Origin: Squalus acanthias
Lineage: Eukaryota
Direction: 5' to 3'
DNA: 64,000 nucleotides
Assembly (NCBI GenBank): GCA_030390025.1
Contig: JASTWF010000035.1
Location: 496,001 to 560,000 of the forward strand
Positions 60,856 through 64,000 of this stretch are shown here, in pieces (positions within the stretch are counted from its first letter, which is position 1; the number at the start of each line of letters is the position of its first letter). A program made the position numbers and the translations under genes. Below the pieces are notes generated by a model that made no database searches, was not told the DNA's origin, and worked only from the letters and a program-made list of their open reading frames with translations.

Positions 60856-61208
60856 GGGGTCGGGACAGAGTAGACGGAGAGAAACTGTTCCCATTGGCGG
60901 AAGGGTCGCGAACCAGAGGACACAGATTTAAGGTGATTGGCAAAAGAACCAAAAAACGACATGAGGAACAACTTTTTTACGCAGCGAGTGGTTAGGACCT
61001 GGAATGCACTGCCTGAAAGGGAGGTGGAGGCAGATTCAATTGTGGCTTTTGAAATGGAGTTGGATAAGTACCTGAAGGAAAAAAAATTGCAGGGTTACGG
61101 GGAAAGGGCGGGGGAGTGGGACTAGCTGAAGTGCTCTTGCAGAGAGCCGGCACGGGCTCGACGGGCCGAATGGCCTCCTACTGTGCTGTAACCATTCTAT
61201 GATTCTAT
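60856..61208 (+). mobile_element. 5'-truncated CR1 3' end
   Basis: TRGHRFKV...FFTQRVVRTWNALPE...QGYGERAGEWD*, then GGGCCGAATGGCCT and (ATTCTATG)n tail. Confidence 0.9.
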
Positions 61209-61479
61209 AATGACCTGATAATCTGTTTTAATGAATATTATAAAAAGCTATAATTTGGAGCCAATTAGCTCTCCAAAACAAGGGAGTTAATGCTTCAAAG
61301 TTGGAGAATATTTACCTCAAATTTTCCCCGAATGGTGCCACAGGAAATTGCTACGAGGAACAAGGTGAAAAAGTTAGTTCAAAATCAAAATACTGCAGAG
61401 GCTAGAAACCTGAACTAAAAACAGGAAAGGCTGGGAAACGCTCAGCAGGTCAGGCAGCATCCTAGCTTGCTCCACGTTC

Positions 61480-61903
61480 GCCCATCACCCCCTGTGCTCG
61501 CTGGCTCCCTGTCTGGTAACGCCTCGATTTAAAAATTCTCCTCCATGTTTTTAAATCCCTCCATGGCCTCGCCCCCTCCCTATCTCTGTAACCTCCTCCA
61601 GCCCCACCGCCCCCCCCGAGATCTCTGCGCTCCTCCAATTCTGGCCTCTTGCGCATCCCCGATTTTCATCGCTCCACCATTGGCGGCCGTGCCTTCAGCT
61701 GCCCAGGCCCTGAGCTCTGGAATTCCCTCCTGAAACCTCTCCGCCTCTCTCTCCTCCTTAAAACCCACCTCTGTGACCAAGCACCTGCCCGAATATCTCT
61801 TTATCTGGCTCAGTGCCAAAATTTGTTTGATAATCGCTCCCGTGAAGCACCTTGGGACGTTTTTATACATTAAAGGCGCTATACAAATGCAAGCTGTTGT
61901 TGT
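61480..61903 (+). mobile_element. L2-type LINE 3' fragment
   Basis: ORF2 C-terminal remnants (ITP, FKSLHGLAP.YL, GGRAFS...LWNSL, LLKTHL) and tail AAAGGCGCTATACAAATGCAAGCTGTTGTTG. Confidence 0.75.
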
Positions 61904-62814
61904 GGTGGAGAGAGAGAAACAGAGTTAACATTTGAGGTCGATGACCTTTCTTCAGCTAGTTAAGCTCACTAACTAGACCCAGACATGAGGATCACCCGCA
62001 CTCACGTGAGGTGGCTGATCGGTCCCCGACAGAGAACTTCGGAAGAGGAGACGAGGAAGAGGGGAGAGAGTAAAACAAAAAAGAAACATAAGAGCGGCCT
62101 TGGGCACTGAAAGAGTTACTGAACGTGAGAGATTACTACAGACCGTCTGCCTTCGAGGTGAGATGACAGAAGGAGCATTTATGCCGAGGCCTGTTGCCGC
62201 TCATGTAAGTAGTGTTAATGCATTATGACAAATTGCTAATTGGGCAGAAAGATCCGAGGGCCTTTTTGTTGTTGATGTGAAGAAAAAGTAAAAAAAAATT
62301 GGTGTAAGCCTGGTTTCCTCAACCGCATCGATAGGAGGTCAAGCATACCACGCACACCACTGTACAGATTATATTATTATTGTAAAACAAGGAAAACAAA
62401 CCCTCGACCCCCATGCCCAATAATTCAACCTTGATTTGTGGAATGACAATAGTCATTAGGCTCAACCACAACAATGCAGCCGGGGACACAATGGGCCATC
62501 GGCAAACTTTTGACCTCTAAACTCTGTGCAACCTAGCAGAGTTTAGTACGCCTTGCCCCTCTCGTGTGATAATGCCCATCCAGCCTTGTCTATCTCCCAA
62601 GCAGCAGAGAGGGGAAGGTAATCTGCATTATTCAACAGATGGAAATGATTTGCCTTGATAGTTTTTGTTGGCTATGAAGCTGCATATTTTTCCAAATAAA
62701 AGAAACAACTTTTGAAATCTGTTGTATTTTCACTGATTGTGATCTAGTTTTGGGGAGGTTGGGACGGAGGTATATTGCGCCATTTACTGAAGGGCATGTT
62801 TGCCCTTTTAAAAA

Positions 62815-63238
62815 AAGAAAAAAGACTTGCATTCATACAGCGCCTTTCACGACCACCGGATGTCCCAAAGCGCTTCACAGCCAATGAAGTACTTTTTAAA
62901 GTGGAGTCACTGTTGTAATGTACGGAAAAGCCTATTTGCTCACAGCAAGCTCCCACAAACAACAATGTGATAAATGACCAGATAATCTGTTTTTAGTGAT
63001 GTTGGTTGAGGGATAAATGTTGGCCAGGACACCAGGGAGAACTCCCCCCTGCTCTTCTTCGAAATAGTGGCCGCGGGATCTTTTACATCCACCTGAGAGA
63101 GCAGACGAGGCCTCGGTTTAACGTCTCATTGGAAAGACGGCACCTCCAACAGTACAGCACTCCTTCAGCACTGCACTGGAGTGTCAGCCTAGATTTTTGT
63201 CCTCAAGTCTCTGGAGTGGGATTTGAACCCACAACCTT
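62815..63238 (-). mobile_element. tRNA-derived DeuSINE-like SINE, nearly complete
   Basis: B-box GGTTCAAATCC on the minus strand near 63220-63230; central body; L2-like 3' tail. Family name from memory. Confidence 0.75.
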
Positions 63239-64000
63239 AATGGAAGCGCAAGACATCATATCATGGCCCATTTGTGCCCTGACCGTTACTCCTTGATTGA
63301 TTTTGTCTTTTCCCCTTCCTCTTTTTCATCTTGGCGTTGACCTCAGTTTCGGGTTGCAACTCTGATTGGAAATATCACCTGACCTCCCGCCCTCTGACCC
63401 TGGTCAAACTGTCTTCCTTTTTTCCCCATCTCCAATATTTTTTAAATGAGTAAACAAAATTGCTCAAAGAAAATAAAAAAGAAACAGAATTGTTCTCCTG
63501 GGTGTGATTTTTCTCCTGGGTGTTAGCTCACAGCAGGGTCCTGGAGATGAATCTTTCGTTCCTGGAGACGCCAGGGTAATCAGTAACTCTACCCCAGCTA
63601 TGGGCCATGGCTCAGTGGAGTGCACTCTTGCCTTTTAGTCTTTGAACTCCACTTCATGGCATGAACACAGGGCCTAGGTTCACTCCAGTACAATACTGCA
63701 TTGTTGGAGGCACGGTCTCACATGAGGGCTCATTTCCCCCAATTGGGGTTGTATTTTAAAATTCATTCACGGGATGTGGGCGTCGGTGGCAAGGCCAGCA
63801 TTTACTGCCCATCCCTAATTGCCCTTGAGAAGGTGGTGGCGGTGAGCCGCGTTGAGCAGAGCTCTGAGGATGTAACAGAATCGGTGGATGATGGTAATTA
63901 ATATGGTTGAAAGCATTTCATTAAATTCTTCGCAAAAGACTTGTGGCTAAAATGAAAGCTCGTGGGAGAAGAAAATTAGGTAATAAATTGGAAAAGTGTG

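Overview
Repeat-dominated vertebrate DNA, most likely from a cartilaginous fish (inferred from its CR1, L2 and DeuSINE-like repeats); I found no host protein-coding exon. Bases 1-52974 are a 19-bp pyrimidine-rich satellite (consensus CTGTACACCTCTCCCTTCA) with higher-order repeats, which explains all the long 'HCTPLPSLYTSPFTVHLSL' ORFs. Three same-orientation insertions of one endogenous retrovirus family sit in or at the edge of the array. (A) 4490-18697: full-length provirus, TSD CCCT, ~1.6-kb LTRs, tRNA-Arg PBS, gag / UGA-CUAG readthrough / pol with two RNase H domains, and an env split by a young CR1 LINE. (B) 24732-33386: TSD CTGT, lacks PBS-gag-PR-RT, has a mosaic 5' LTR fused exactly to pol, and keeps an intact 783-aa env plus a small downstream TM ORF. 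(C) 52975-54757: diverged LTR + PBS stub ending the array. The Env is not gamma/beta-type: it looks like a paramyxo/pneumovirus-F-like class I fusion protein with an N-terminal Ig-like domain, which together with pol points to a lokiretrovirus-like lineage (inference, needs phylogeny). The last 9 kb holds CR1/L2/SINE fragments, a hairpin-rich MITE, a 23-bp G-rich minisatellite that appears to have grown inside a dead CR1, and a 69-bp minisatellite.
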